DNA of 64,000 nt from the NCBI GenBank assembly GCA_977030845.1, contig OZ365113.1:13888001-13952000 (forward strand), read 5' to 3'. The translations under genes and the position numbers were made by a program. The notes beneath the pieces were generated by a model. The model saw nothing but the letters and a program-made list of their open reading frames with translations, ran no database searches and was not told the origin of the DNA. This document shows positions 29,065 to 42,300 of the stretch, one piece after another; position 1 is the first letter of the stretch; each line of letters starts with the position of its first letter. The stretch comes from Fimbriosthenelais zetlandica. Its lineage: Eukaryota.

Positions 29065-32000
29065 ATCAGGTTATACATATTCATAACATGTAGAGCGTCA
29101 TTGTCTTATGGGGAATCCAACCTTGTTACCTCGAGCTGAGGACAAGTCTTGCCATTCACGCAGAAAACCTTTAAATCAGGTTGTTACTAAAAGAATACCA
29201 GACTACTGTATTCTTTCCTGTCCACACATTTAAACATGAAGTGTCTCCCCAGCTACAGCTTCAGGATGTGCAATTAATAATTATTGATTTGAATAGCTTT
29301 TATCAATTATAATACGAGTGATTATTTCTTGTATATTGAGTTATATTGATCATTTCGTCTATAGAGGAAGTCCTGCATTAATAGCAAGCAGAAAAAGTAA
29401 ATAACATTCTACACATCACCCAATTATATTGACATTTTCATTATTTATAAAGATCCAATCTACAACACTACATTAAGGTAGGTTAAAGCCTGACATTCCA
29501 TTGAAAAAGACATACCTTACTGATTGGACTACACTTCCATGCATACTAATTTCCCACCCATAGAAGGTGAGGTAAAGCCATGCATATTCATAAGCTGTCA
29601 CTACGTTTATAGTTAGATGGGTTGGCCTCATAGCTTTTGGAATGGAGTCTCAAAATCATCTGTGCAACGTACTAGTTTCATATACCTTTTCCTTCTTATT
29701 TTATTGCGGTAAAGGAAAGGCAAATAGAAAAGCTTCCATTGAAATTAATACAGTCTTGCATATGATTATAGCCTAAACAGAAGCTATAATAAAATGGGAA
29801 TCTATGTTAATCCATTCATATGCAGTGTAACTTCTCGGCATAAGATGTGTATAGCTACCAAAGCAGAAAATCTCACAAGGGTGATTTATTTTTATATTGA
29901 GCATATTTGATAATTCTGTCAGCAATGGCCGAATCACGACCTCCATTTTGATCATGTAAGACCAGGGTATAGATCTGATGTCAACAAGCCCTCGTTATTC
30001 TGTCAACTGTCAGTTTTAAATATAGAAGCTTGACAGTACCGAGGGCAGTTGACAGGGCATCTTGTGTACACATCAGAGTAGACAAAGTGCTGTCAGTTCC
30101 AGTGACAATCAACCTGTAGCAATTGTCATAGGAGTTAATTCAGGGAATCGTGTACCCTTGGCTTTATATCGATATTTTAGCCCTATAATATAATACTTCC
30201 TGACACACAGTGTCATATATCACACATTCCTTACACGCCATTCTTTATATATTGAGATGACTAATTCGTGGCGGTAAATTTGTATTTCGGGCCAGAGCAA
30301 ATGCTTCCACGATTAAACATTTATAAACATCCAGAGTAAGCATTGTTCTGTACACCTTCATGTCAGCAGCAGACACTGAGTCTGGTCTCAGCCATTCTCC
30401 CATGTTTACAGGAGCTTTGACACTGACACCTCTGTCAACTCTATTCCTTGCTCGTGTCAGTTACTCACTGCCTCTAACTGTCAGACCAGCTTCAAGTTAA
30501 TGTAAATCTGTAAATCCTCCTCTTGCTTTCTTTCAGTGCAATGGCTGAGGTTTGCCGAGCATTGATTGGCTTTCTTTGGAGGATTTTTCATCACATTCTT
30601 CTTTTTCTAAGTCAACAAGGGGTGCTTCTAAAGTCAGGCAGCTGTAATGATTATTTCTCGGAATACTTTTTGCCAACAATGATGTAAGTGAGGCCATTTT
30701 AAATATTTGCTCTCGGCGGGTACAGACAGAATTAGATATATAACAGCACTGATGATACTGATCATCACTTTTAAAGTTTTGATCTGGAGTCGAGATCTGT
30801 TTGTATAATTAAAAATACTTTGTCCCATAATGTTCGGATGACCATCAAGGAGTGAAAAACAAATTATAGGGTCGTAAATCTGTCCATCTAAATAAGATGA
30901 ATATGTATGATAATGTACTATCAAAATTAATATCTGAGTTAACTGACAAGAAACCTGTTTATGTAATAGTAATGTATGTAAGCCTTCATCGATTACTCAT
31001 TTATCCATGCCATGAGGCGTCCAGCCAGACCCCAGCTTGTTCCTCCAGCAGCGCTCTCGGGCCAGCAGGTCATCAGATGGATAACAGATACGGATAAAAT
31101 CGGTAAGCAGGCCGATCAATATCAGCTATGATATGCTATAAATATGCTATGCATTTTGTGTATGCTATGTAAATCATCATTCTCTGAGCTCAGGGGTCAC
31201 TTGCCAGTCACCTAGGGACTGGTAAATGGTAATTTAATTGGGGCCAGGATTCTCAGTCAGATTTTCCTGATAGCCGTTTGCCACATGACCACAATGACCT
31301 CAACAAATTTGAGATTAGAGGCTACATAATTATCAAACATGTATCTATAAATAACATAGCATGATCTGGCACAATAGGTAAAATCAGAACAATGTGGATA
31401 GCATCCTGGAATTATTTCCAACTAATGTAAATATTCCACACGACTGGGCATTAAATTTACAATGGTGTGCCTCATCGGACAGACCTGGGACATTTACCCA
31501 TTGCTTCGACTGGTGGGACAGTTAAGATTCCTCCTGGAAACCACTTTAAGTTAGCCCCACCTGCGCCAGAGCTGAATTGAAGTGCATTCAAGCACCAACA
31601 GAGAGCTGCTCTGAGCACCTCCTATTCAATAGGCCATGCACAAGGACTGGGTCTGCTCATGAGCTGAGAAAATCCAAAATCTGCAACTTGTCTTGGAACT
31701 TTCTGGTTAAGCCAAGAGAGACGGTTTTTAGGTTCTGTATTACTTCATAATATCAACAAGAGCCTTTATGACATGAACATCAGGATACTTCAAACAAAGG
31801 GGACGTAATGAAGAATGAAAGAGTAATGCGCCCATATTTCCAGCACTTTAAATGAAGCCGACTCAATGGCATTTTCTGAACACATTTGATAAAATTATGT
31901 TCTTGTTTTCCATTTCTTTCCAGAACACATCATGGAAAATGCTCTAATTTCAGACAGGTTGCGTGTAACATTGCCGGAGACTGAATCATGTGCACCTCCT

Positions 32001-32841
32001 CATGGTCCATTCCCGACTAATCAAACATAGGCGCTTACAGCAAAATAGATGTTCAATTGATCGGAACTTTCCCCCCTTTTATTTTCTTCTCCAACGGCTC
32101 GGAAAGAATTATGGGCATCGCCTCGATGCCATTCAAAATATGAGGGATCTCGTACACTGTAAAAAAACATATATGGGTTATAAAAGAAGAGATTTCGAAG
32201 AGTTTCATCACAAAATCTCCCAATTATAATTATACCATGAAGATCGGAAATAATGATATTAAAACACATGTAGATGAGTACTGCATGCTGCATATAGATT
32301 ATGACGATTATAGTCTGGCATGGGGAATATACTTTTTGAATCCACACAGTGACAGGCAGGTTACTGTATGCTGGATGTAGCTGTTCACATAAAGCCTTGC
32401 CACTCAGCATCGAGGACATGTTCACCTTTTCCCCCATGCATCTCTTCATGATTTTAGGTACGAGAAGAGTGCATTAGGTTTGTATGGTTAAGTTTGGTTT
32501 TTCGGAGTGTGCTGCACATCTAATGTTGGTTCAGCAGCAGTCTAGATGCCATACAGTTCGTGATTCGCTGTACAGAAGCGTAAAATCCCAGCATAAAAAA
32601 AATGGTAGATTTGGTGTGAGCTATACATAGCGGATGCCAAATCTGTATTCAACAATAGGCCCTATATCCGCGATTTGTGACAATGAAATGCTCATGGATA
32701 AACATTATTACAACTCTCTGCACAAACCTGATAAAAATGGAAGGGGCATCAACAAACTTTAACTATTTTGATGCCAGAAAGGATGGACATCGGAAGTATA
32801 ATGCTAGAAAGTAAGTAATAAACAAGGAGGGAAGTTTTTAC

Positions 32842-33684
32842 CTGAACTCTTGAACTTGAAATGCTTGAGTGCTTCTTGGAACCTGACGACACCCCATTTG
32901 CCTTACCAGGAGTCGAAGTGATGGAGTTTTCGAATAGAATCCTTGCGATCAACCCATACAAGACACAAGTCAAAATGAGAGGAAACACATAGAATATGAA
33001 CAAGTCCGCCATGTAATATGTCAAATAGGACTTCCTCTCAAGTTTGAATGTACATTCCTCGATGGTTAAATTTCCCATATAGATCCTTCTCTTGGTGGTG
33101 GTGAGGAGAAGCCATGGTATACAGTAGCACATGCCAAAAATCCAGAGGACACAGATGATTCTCTTGGCTCGTTTCACAGTACACATAGTCTGGGCTTTCA
33201 TCGGATGGCAGATGGCAATGTAGCGCTCAATTGTAAATGCTGTGATGCTCAAAGAAGATGTGTTCACTCCAAGATACTGAAAGAAAACCATGAGTGAACA
33301 GCCTAACCAGCCTATAACACACTGGTCAATGATGATGAAAAGTTCCCAAATGGTGGGCAACGTTGCTGATATAAGAACCAGGATGTCAGCTATGGCTAAA
33401 GACACAAGGTAGCAATTGGTTGTGGTGTGCATACTCTTTGTTCTTGCCACCACGATCACTACCATCATGTTCCCACCAAGCCCTACCACAAAAATGAGAG
33501 TGACAAATAATGCCCCAACAGCCCTGTAGGCAGGGGAGTAATATTTAGGTTCGGGAAGGCTGGTGCCATTTGTCATATTATTATAGGAATCATAAGTGTT
33601 GTTAAAGTATTCTGAAAAATTAGAAGCCATTGTGACTATATTGTTCATTCCATAGGGACCTATAGTTGTACTGTCATGTATCAT
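32842..33684 (-). CDS. TRHR: Thyrotropin-releasing hormone receptor-like class A GPCR, first coding exon (N-terminus to ICL3, TM1-TM5)
   Basis: First in-frame ATG at 33684 (the track's TTG start lies downstream of an in-frame TAA). N-glycosylation sequons, GN in TM1, TNCYLVSLAIAD in TM2, YLGVNTSSLSITAFTIERYIAICHPMKAQTMCT in TM3/ICL2 (TRHR-like), TM5 DLFIFYVFPL. Ends SSSRVQ at phase-0 donor GTAAAA. Orthology is inferred from remembered motifs, not a search. Confidence 0.88.
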
Positions 33685-34408
33685 GGTAAGGGATGAGGCT
33701 CCACCTGTCTGTGTTGAAGCCACATCCAATGGGAATAATTCAATGAAGTCAGGGTCTATAGACAGGTATTATGCCACAGTGAAGAGTGGTAATTGTATCA
33801 TCCACTGTGTTGAACTTCTCAACAGGGCTCAGGTGCCAGTGATGTATCGTTCTTGTGAAACGACAGTTCTGTATCTGTCTAAATGGTGCAAATCAATCAA
33901 TGAAACTGCTTCTGACAAGGCTATTTGCAGACTAGCAAATTCAATTGATTCAATTTGTCACATTCTATTGTCAGATTTAGCACTTAGTTGGGGTATGTGT
34001 GCAGGGGAACAGGCCGTACAACAAAGTGTGAATGTGGCCAGGTCAAGGCAAACAAGTGTTGGCAGCTGTGGTTGTATAAGTGTCAACTCAGTGGTAATCC
34101 ATAATAGGAGATGTATTTGGTGTTTGCCCTGGTGGCCTTGTGGAAATACATTAATCAATTAACCACTATTGTGCGTTTAACTAATTGCACACATATTTGG
34201 AATTTTCGGTATTTGTCTGTCCAACTTCCCTCCAGGGTCCTTGGCCTCGTAGTGTCTTTATGAGCTTCTCTTCTGAGTATTTTTTATTGGTTTTACTTGA
34301 TATATATTCCGAGAAATTTGTTTTTTTCGCAATTCTCATAAACTGATTTGCTTGGCAGAAGTTGGTAGAGCAATGACTGCAGCGACAACACAAAGCATCA
34401 CCTGTTAC
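33685..34408 (-). other. TRHR: Putative 5' UTR portion of the TRHR-like exon, with upstream splice acceptor
   Basis: Strong acceptor TTTTTCTCTTTTTTTCAG ends at 34409 on the minus strand; no in-frame coding continuation upstream of 33684. Confidence 0.5.
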
Positions 34409-37400
34409 CTGAAAAAAAGAGAAAAATATTAGATGTTAATAATTACATGGCAGAATTGCAATTGTAAATGTTAGTTTTATAATAATTTCCCAAGTTACGT
34501 TATTTCGATACACTTATCATCACTTATATTACATACATACATTTACATACGTTTATGTCAAAATAGACTCTTCCATCATGTAGCTTAATCCAATGTCAAA
34601 AGACTGAAATGATCTTATGTAACCATTGATTGTAATTGACATTGAAGTGGACTACATGACATGATTGGAATTAGTAATGAAACATGTTTACCAACACATT
34701 TAATCAGTATTAAACTCCTCGAGAATTAATCAATGTAGATTGATAATATTTTAGAAAGCAACGGTAACTTTCCCTTTGATCAGGGAGTGATCGTGTTGGA
34801 GCGATTACGGCAATTTGTTAGTCAAATTATATAAGGGATTCGGAAGTATACTAAGTCTTCATGTATCTTATAACGGATATTTGGTCGACGGTTTTACTCA
34901 GAATAACCGTAATTATCAAGACAGGCATTAATTTTATAATTATAAAGGAGGATGTGTCCCAACAGGAATGAGATCCTTAATGAAGTAATTAAAAATGTTG
35001 TAACTCTAGAATAACCATCAGTAATTTCAAAACCATGCTGCTTTTCGAATTGCCACTGAAGTTGCCAGTAGATAATTAAATCAACGTAATTTTGGGCATC
35101 TGGTAGGGATAAAGTTCCATAATTCAATCTTTGAAGGAAGAACAATCTATGGATATTGTTACAGAAGAACTTAAAACACAAGGTTATGCTTATGGGACAG
35201 GCAAAAGAAACTTAATTTTATTTCAGCTTTCCAAACAGTATTGGCAAGATGGCCTAAAAGAAACTACTTTGACAACAAAAGGCCATTTGTTCATCTTTTC
35301 AAGTTAAATCCTCCTGTACCAGAAGAATTAACATCACTATATCCTCTTGACAGGAAGCAGTCAATACTTTTGGGAGCAGTCAACTCTTCTAAAGTTAATT
35401 ATATAGTCACGTGGGCGATAATCAATAACTTTGGTCCACTTTGGTTCATGTAGGTCCATCTTGCTTTAGTTATCTGTTGAAAAGTGTACTAGCACCTAAC
35501 AAAATTGTAAGAAGCATAAATTTTACCTATGACTCTTATCTTAATTCACAAGTGACGTCCCATATTTTTGTCCGTCAATCAAATCTAAACGTTACCTGAA
35601 ATAGACCAATGCTTACCAAACAGTCAGAGCTGACTTGTAACTCTGCGTGAACTAATCCATTGAAAAATACCTGGATCAACTACATGGTTTCTACCCATTT
35701 CCCTCAGGTGCATGGCTTTCAGTTGACATGGTGAAAATAACACCTCCAGGAGTGACAGGATTGAGCGGTGAATTAGTGTCAGTAATAATCCCATCTTCTT
35801 CCATGATATATTTACAGTCCCATCAAAGCAATGATAAATTGATAGGTAAAGCCTCTCAAGTAGATAAGATAGCGCCGTACTAATATAATGAACATTTCCC
35901 TCCAGACTAATTCAATTTGCTCAGAGCTACTCGCTACTGAAGTGGTCCTTGGTTATTTATTCCGAGAAAAAACGTATATGTATAGTGCCCCATATGCACA
36001 TAGAGAATTATACATACATTACATAAGTGCATACATGTACTGGGGGAGGGCTGTATTGTATCTTTCGGTAATAAATGTGCATCAGAGTATCGATCTGCAT
36101 ATTATGCCAAGGGATGTGCACCATGGCGCAGAGTCCATCCTTCTAACTCGTGACATGCACAAGATCCTACGCCGAGGGCATTCTTTTATTATGATAAATT
36201 ATATATATGGATCATAGTTTAATAGAAGAAAATGAGAAGGGGAAACTTTAGGGTCCGTTCGTGGCAACGTGATTAATACTATTTTCCCCGGACACAATTA
36301 GAAAATAAAAAACTGGCAAATAGCAACAAAAATGTATTTAATTTGCATCTCGACTTCCTCACGCCTAATAGAAACTAAAGCGGTCCCCATTTACATGCAA
36401 TTATTCTAATATTGTGTCGGCCTTCAGATAGGCCTAACGTAGAAACCCTCCTTCGCAGCTGGTGGAACAGTATTTACTCTGGATCATTGCTCACACATGG
36501 CTTGCTTTGCTTGATCTCTAAGGAAATTAACACAGAATCGCAAGTTACACATAGCCATGGACGGAGAGCGGCTGCCTTGATTCTACTCTGTTTGATTTCT
36601 TGTGTGCCTTAAGGCACACAACTCCCTCTCAGATCTTCCTGCCCTATAGGGTCACCGCTCCCTATACCCATGGTTGTAAAGGCCATGCAGCAACAATAAT
36701 TGTTTTGTTTCCTTTTATTGCTGAATCATGTTGAACCTATTCTCAATTTTCTTTTACTCAGATGATTGAGCAATATGAAGCTATTTCGTTAAAAGGAGGT
36801 CCATATGCCTACTTGATATTATAATAGAGCAATCAGCAATTGCCATTATAAAATGGAAACACGTTTTCCAAGCTAATAAACGTTATGTTTGGTCGCCCTT
36901 TTCAGTCGTCAATTGGCGCCATATTAGTTTTGTTTTTGGGAGGGGGACAGGGCTAATATTTACAGAACAATGTGAATTCACCGTGAAAGCCTCATTTCCT
37001 CGAGTCAAAGAGAAAAAAACTCGGAATGCTAATCGGAGAATTGTGAGTGAGTTTTTGGAAATTTGATTATCTTATTGTGGCAATCAGATCAAGTCAACAA
37101 GTCACTGCAAATCCATCTGAGGAAAAACAAATTTCTTCAAATTATGTATGAACAAAGATCCATTAGAAGAGTCATGCAACGTGAGTCCGAAACTTTAGGC
37201 CTACTTGAAACTGTTTTATTTTTTAAAGGCGCGGTGGGGGATATCAATTCGTACCTCCTCCATCTACTTAACTGAAAGTCCATACAAATACTCGTACACA
37301 TGTAGAAGATGGATGGACAGGGTTCAAAACAGCCTCCTGATGTATGCAGGTTTGTGATAGGTTATCACGACGTCTACAGTGACGAGCCCTATGATTGGTT

Positions 37401-39335
37401 CTAGTGATGATAAACTCACCATTCTCCACTCTTTCAGCAGGGCACTCACACGACTGTAAAATTAGATTCTACAATGAACTGGGTCTCCTAAAGTATTTTC
37501 CTGGATATGCCGATGTTACCAGAACCACAATTTATTTATGTCTTGGGCCTAAGCCTGAGAGGAGCTATCAGCCTTTTTTGAGACCCCAACCAGCCACGTC
37601 CTCTATCTAACAGACTACTTAACAAACTAAAAAAATCCTACTGAGTCACTCACTCAGTCTCTTGAGCTTTCACCTCCGAATCACAAGAAACTACATTGAA
37701 GGAAAAACTTTGAAGGAAAAGAAACTTCCCCCGACACTTTCTTTTTTCATCTCAGCAGAATAGGCCTACTATTATACAATGCACTGAAGTGTTTCTGAGA
37801 CTTCCAATCAGGGGAAAACCTTATAATTATATTTTATGTATCCAGAATTTACACGCCAAATGGATGTTAAAGGTTCTCAACCCACCCCTAAAACAAGTAT
37901 ATCGTCCCACGCCCTCTGAAAGTATGGAACAATGTTATAAGGGTCTCTTAGAGGCATATGCGCTTTGAATAATTGAAGAGAAAGATGTATCCCCATTACA
38001 GGAAACACAAGGAAATACGTGTGGTAGTAAATACAGTATTATGTGTAGAAAATATATACAATTATACGTAATATAAGTACAGGATTCAATGGACCAATTC
38101 ACTCGTCTCTTTAGGTAGAAAAATATGCCCAAAAAGAGAAAGTTCTTTACCAAATCCAGGACCTTTTAGCCTACATGCTTCCTTGCGACTTAAGGGTTAG
38201 GGAACCTTCAGAGGTCGGGCTTGATTTAGAAAAAATACAAAAACAGGAGTCACGTTCATACAATTAGAAGCAATGTCTCATTTCCTGTACAATTGTCCCT
38301 TGTTCATTTCTTTCCCGTTCTCCCCTCTTTCAACTGCGAGAAAAGCGCTCAAAATACTCACACTATAGGCATCTCGTCTGACGTCAATCCTCTGATGGCA
38401 AAACCAAAAGCCAATCCCGAGTTATTCAATCGAATTTTTCAATCGTCTCAACTTTTCTGTATTAATCCAAACGGTAATTTATAGTAATAAATGAAACCAG
38501 CTGGACGGAGAGAAAGTTGAGTGTCTCCTAATTGATGACTTGTTTTTAATCAGGATAAACCTGAACTCCTGTGGTAGGTTGATATTTGAGGTGTTGAACT
38601 GTGAAAAGTGGCCCTTATAGATGGTCAGTTATGAGAGAAGTGGGCAACAACTGGCAGCAGGTTGGAACCAGCGCTTGGACAGCTGGAGAAAGATGTGCAT
38701 ACAAGCCCTAGCTCCTCCTCACCCTCCTACTCATTCCCCACCTCATGTACAGGTCTCCCTTCGCCATCTCCCCCTCCTATAGTGGCGCCACCAACAACAA
38801 AAGCTGGAACTGATCAGTAGTCAGCTGATCGGATGGAACAGGAAGTGTGTGGAATTCTGGGTTGTTAAATCAACACTAGGGCTTTGAAAGGAAAATAAAC
38901 CAATGCAACCTACCTTTCTTAAGAAAAAATATTGAATCTAACCCGGGTTCATGGCAAATACTTTGGTTCTTGAAAACCTGTTTTATGCTGCCAATTTATG
39001 AGTCACCTCAGCCTTGGGAATTTCTAAATACCCTTAAAATATAGGCCTACTATTATATTATTTTGAAATAATTTAACCACACTTGACCAGAATGAAAAAT
39101 ACGCTTTTGGCATGTTTGTATATTCGAACATTGACCAATCAATTACAGGCAAATGAACCTTTTCTGAATGCTCTTTACATCCCAGGTTGCTTATATTGGC
39201 CTGGATTATGATATTTATGGCATTTTTAGGATGTTTCTAGGGAAACGAGCAATATTTTCATCATTTATATCCTATTTTATGACGATCACTAAACAGAACC
39301 AAGCATTTCACAATTACCAGATTCTATTTTATTTG

Positions 39336-39365
39336 AATTCCTATTGCCCCAATTCCTATTGTCCT
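39336..39365 (+). repeat. 15-bp tandem duplication
   Basis: AATTCCTATTGCCCC AATTCCTATTGTCCT. Confidence 0.75.
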
Positions 39366-42300
39366 ACCAATATTGAATTTGGGACCATGGCGAATGAATT
39401 TATTATCTGGGAAATATTCTCATGCCTCTATTATTCTTCTGAAATTTTCTATGTTTGGAAATCATGTACAATAAGGAAAGTTTTCCATTAAGCTAATTAT
39501 GGTAAAACTTTGCATGCAACAAAGAAATTCCATGAAAAGCATCCATTAATGTGTGCATTGTCAGGGCCCATTCATTCAGGTAAAAATGATATGTTAGCGC
39601 AGAGTGTTAAAAGAACTCTGCACATCATCCTTTCAAAAAGTCTGAGGCACAAAATCTCCTTAATTCTTCTTATAGTAATCGAGTTTGATATTAATCTCAT
39701 GGAAATGTTTATTAACAGGGATCGAGATATCCATAAATCAGTTCAGATAAATGTTGATCGTCGCCTAACTTGCTTCAGTCTAAAATTAAGACAGTTTAAA
39801 ACATTTATGTCTGATTGACAAATATTGCGTTCATCTTTAAATTTCCAGCCTGACTAAAGACCAGTGTAATAAGGATGACAGTTTGTCAAGTCACTTAATA
39901 ATGAAAGAGATGAAACTTGACCATTTTTATAGCATGGAGCGGTAGCTTGTATAAAACAGCCAGAATAAAGCTTACACCTCCCGGGATAGTCCCCCTGGCA
40001 TGGTGGGGTATTAGAAGCTGAGCTTCTTATAATGAAGCCCTTTGGACATTGGAGAGGGATTTGGTGAGATTAGCTTGCCGCCGAGTTGTGCTAATTACAA
40101 TTCTCAGTGGAGTATTCCTTCATTCTCTTTTGACTTTCCCTTCTGTTATATTGCTCTCCTTTGAACTGATTTTCATTCTCTAGTTTATACATGTATTCTC
40201 ATCACACACCCACACCCTCCACCCCCTCCACTACCTTGTACTCAAGTCAGGGGCGGATTAAACTTTTCTCTTCCTGGTTGACACACAGAGCTTAGCTAAT
40301 ACTGCAGCCTGACTGACAATGGGATAAAACACGACCAGCAAATAACATATATACATACAATACAGCATCCCTTGGGATGTGAGGTACTAATACAAAGAAA
40401 TGAAAAATAGTCGAAGGGATTAACTTCTTCCTAAAACATCAATCATTTTAAAAATAAGATCATTTCAAGTACATGTACTACCACACACAATTTCGGGATT
40501 TTTTTTGTCTTTTTGTGAACGATTATTGGACATTTTTAGCCCATTGAAATCATATTAGGGGCCTAATTCTTCAAGTAAAATATGACAGATTTAATCAAAT
40601 GACAAGTTGAAATTGTTATCAGGGGTATTTCCAACACTTGAGACTCTACTACAGGTTCACTAAGAATCTTAGCATAAAGAAATTAATTCTTGATAAGCCC
40701 AGGGGCAAAAAGGGCCAATTTTGATTAGCTACCACGGTGCCCGGATAAATGACAGACAAATCTATTTTTGTCTACACAATGTTTCGGTTGATGACTTCAT
40801 TATCTTATTTCTGCCGCGACATTGAATAATATGTCCAGTGATTGCAGCCTGAAGGCGAACAATCTGTCAATATTGAATGCATTTGCATATCATTCCCCTC
40901 TTCACTATTTCAGCACATGTACATGTATACTGTGTGATGCTTTGAGGACTGAAATATACTTGCAATGAAGGGCCAACGTTCTTTTTATGCTGACACTTTT
41001 TGCAGAACACAATTTGCGCACTTCGTGACCTAAATTAGGATTTACAATTACAAGTTAAGGGAACGAAATAATGTTCTAATCTTAATAGACAATGACTTGG
41101 TGTTTTTACATTGCAATAGGACCATATCTTAAGATCAATCGCCTTTTGTAATTACCAAATCATTTCTACACGAAGATATGAATGTGGATATGAATGATAA
41201 GTAGGCCTAGTCCGCAAGCATTCAGAGGTGTGAGTATTGCTGTTTCATGCTATCACGCAGGTAAGGGCTTGTTTCACAATAGATATGCTGCCAACAGATT
41301 ACGAAACGGGCCCCTGGGGGCCGTTAGTGATAACCACAGTGTAGCCCCGTTAGTAGGTATTATGATCTGTAGAGTTGACCGACAGGTGGGCCTATAATAT
41401 ATGATAATACATTATATGGTATCTGTCTGTCCTGAAATGACCAACTGAGTCCATATACTGAATAAACGAGGTTTCAGATAAAACCAGCCACTAACGTTTA
41501 CACCAGCCATCTCGTATTAAAAATCCACATTTATTACATGGGACTTTGCAATGTAATGGGAAGGCAGATCCCCCAGTAGTGATTTTAGCCCCCAGGACCA
41601 TAACTTTCACCTAGAAAGTTCGCCCTTGCATGGAACCGAAGTCAAAATCTGAATGAAATTAATCGATCCCAGATCCCACCCAATGGAGATAAGCTTTAAC
41701 ACGGAAGGAATAATGGAGGTGAATCGTGCAGTGGCATACAAGAAAAAACGATAAGCAGAGATGATCATACGATTCCCATTCTCTCCATCATAACTCCCTC
41801 TGCTTACTTGTCCTCAGGAACAGTTCCAAACCGGAAGTACCGCTCGTTATAGGAAACCAGAAACACACTGCATGTCTGAAAGAAATTATTCACTGCTGTT
41901 TGCGGTATGTGCATATTGCACCAAGGGGGGTAATATAGAGAGTGATATAGTTCTGTTCAATACCAATAGTTTCATTCAATTGGTTTTAGACCAAAAAAAA
42001 TCGGTTGGAGTCTGAAGCTAATGTTGCATGACAAGGGTGTCTATTTTTTAAGCTTCACTCCGTATACTCAGACTCAAGTAGCCATAGAGGTCCGGGGATA
42101 ATCACAGGGTACTAATGTAATAGAACCATTATTTGGTCAGTGCGAACAAGCTTTAAGGGAAGCATAAAATATCAGATACCCCTTGATAAATTCTATTAAT
42201 CTCACGGCTTCACAGATTAAGTGTTGACAGAGGGAATTCCCAATCGCAGCTTGCATGCATTCATTCCTATAACTCAGGCAAATGGACGTGATATGAAATA

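Noticed and set aside
32021-32449. 142-aa minus-strand ORF just downstream of the TRHR exon, checked as a possible TM6-TM7 exon
   Set aside because: No CWxP/WxPY or NPxxY-equivalent motifs in the frames I examined.
33683-34162. 159-aa plus-strand ORF antisense to the TRHR 5' UTR
   Set aside because: GTG start, no motif; most likely incidental.
38755-38795. CGCCATCT and TAGTGGCGCCAC motifs resembling a CTCF site
   Set aside because: Only partial matches to the core consensus.
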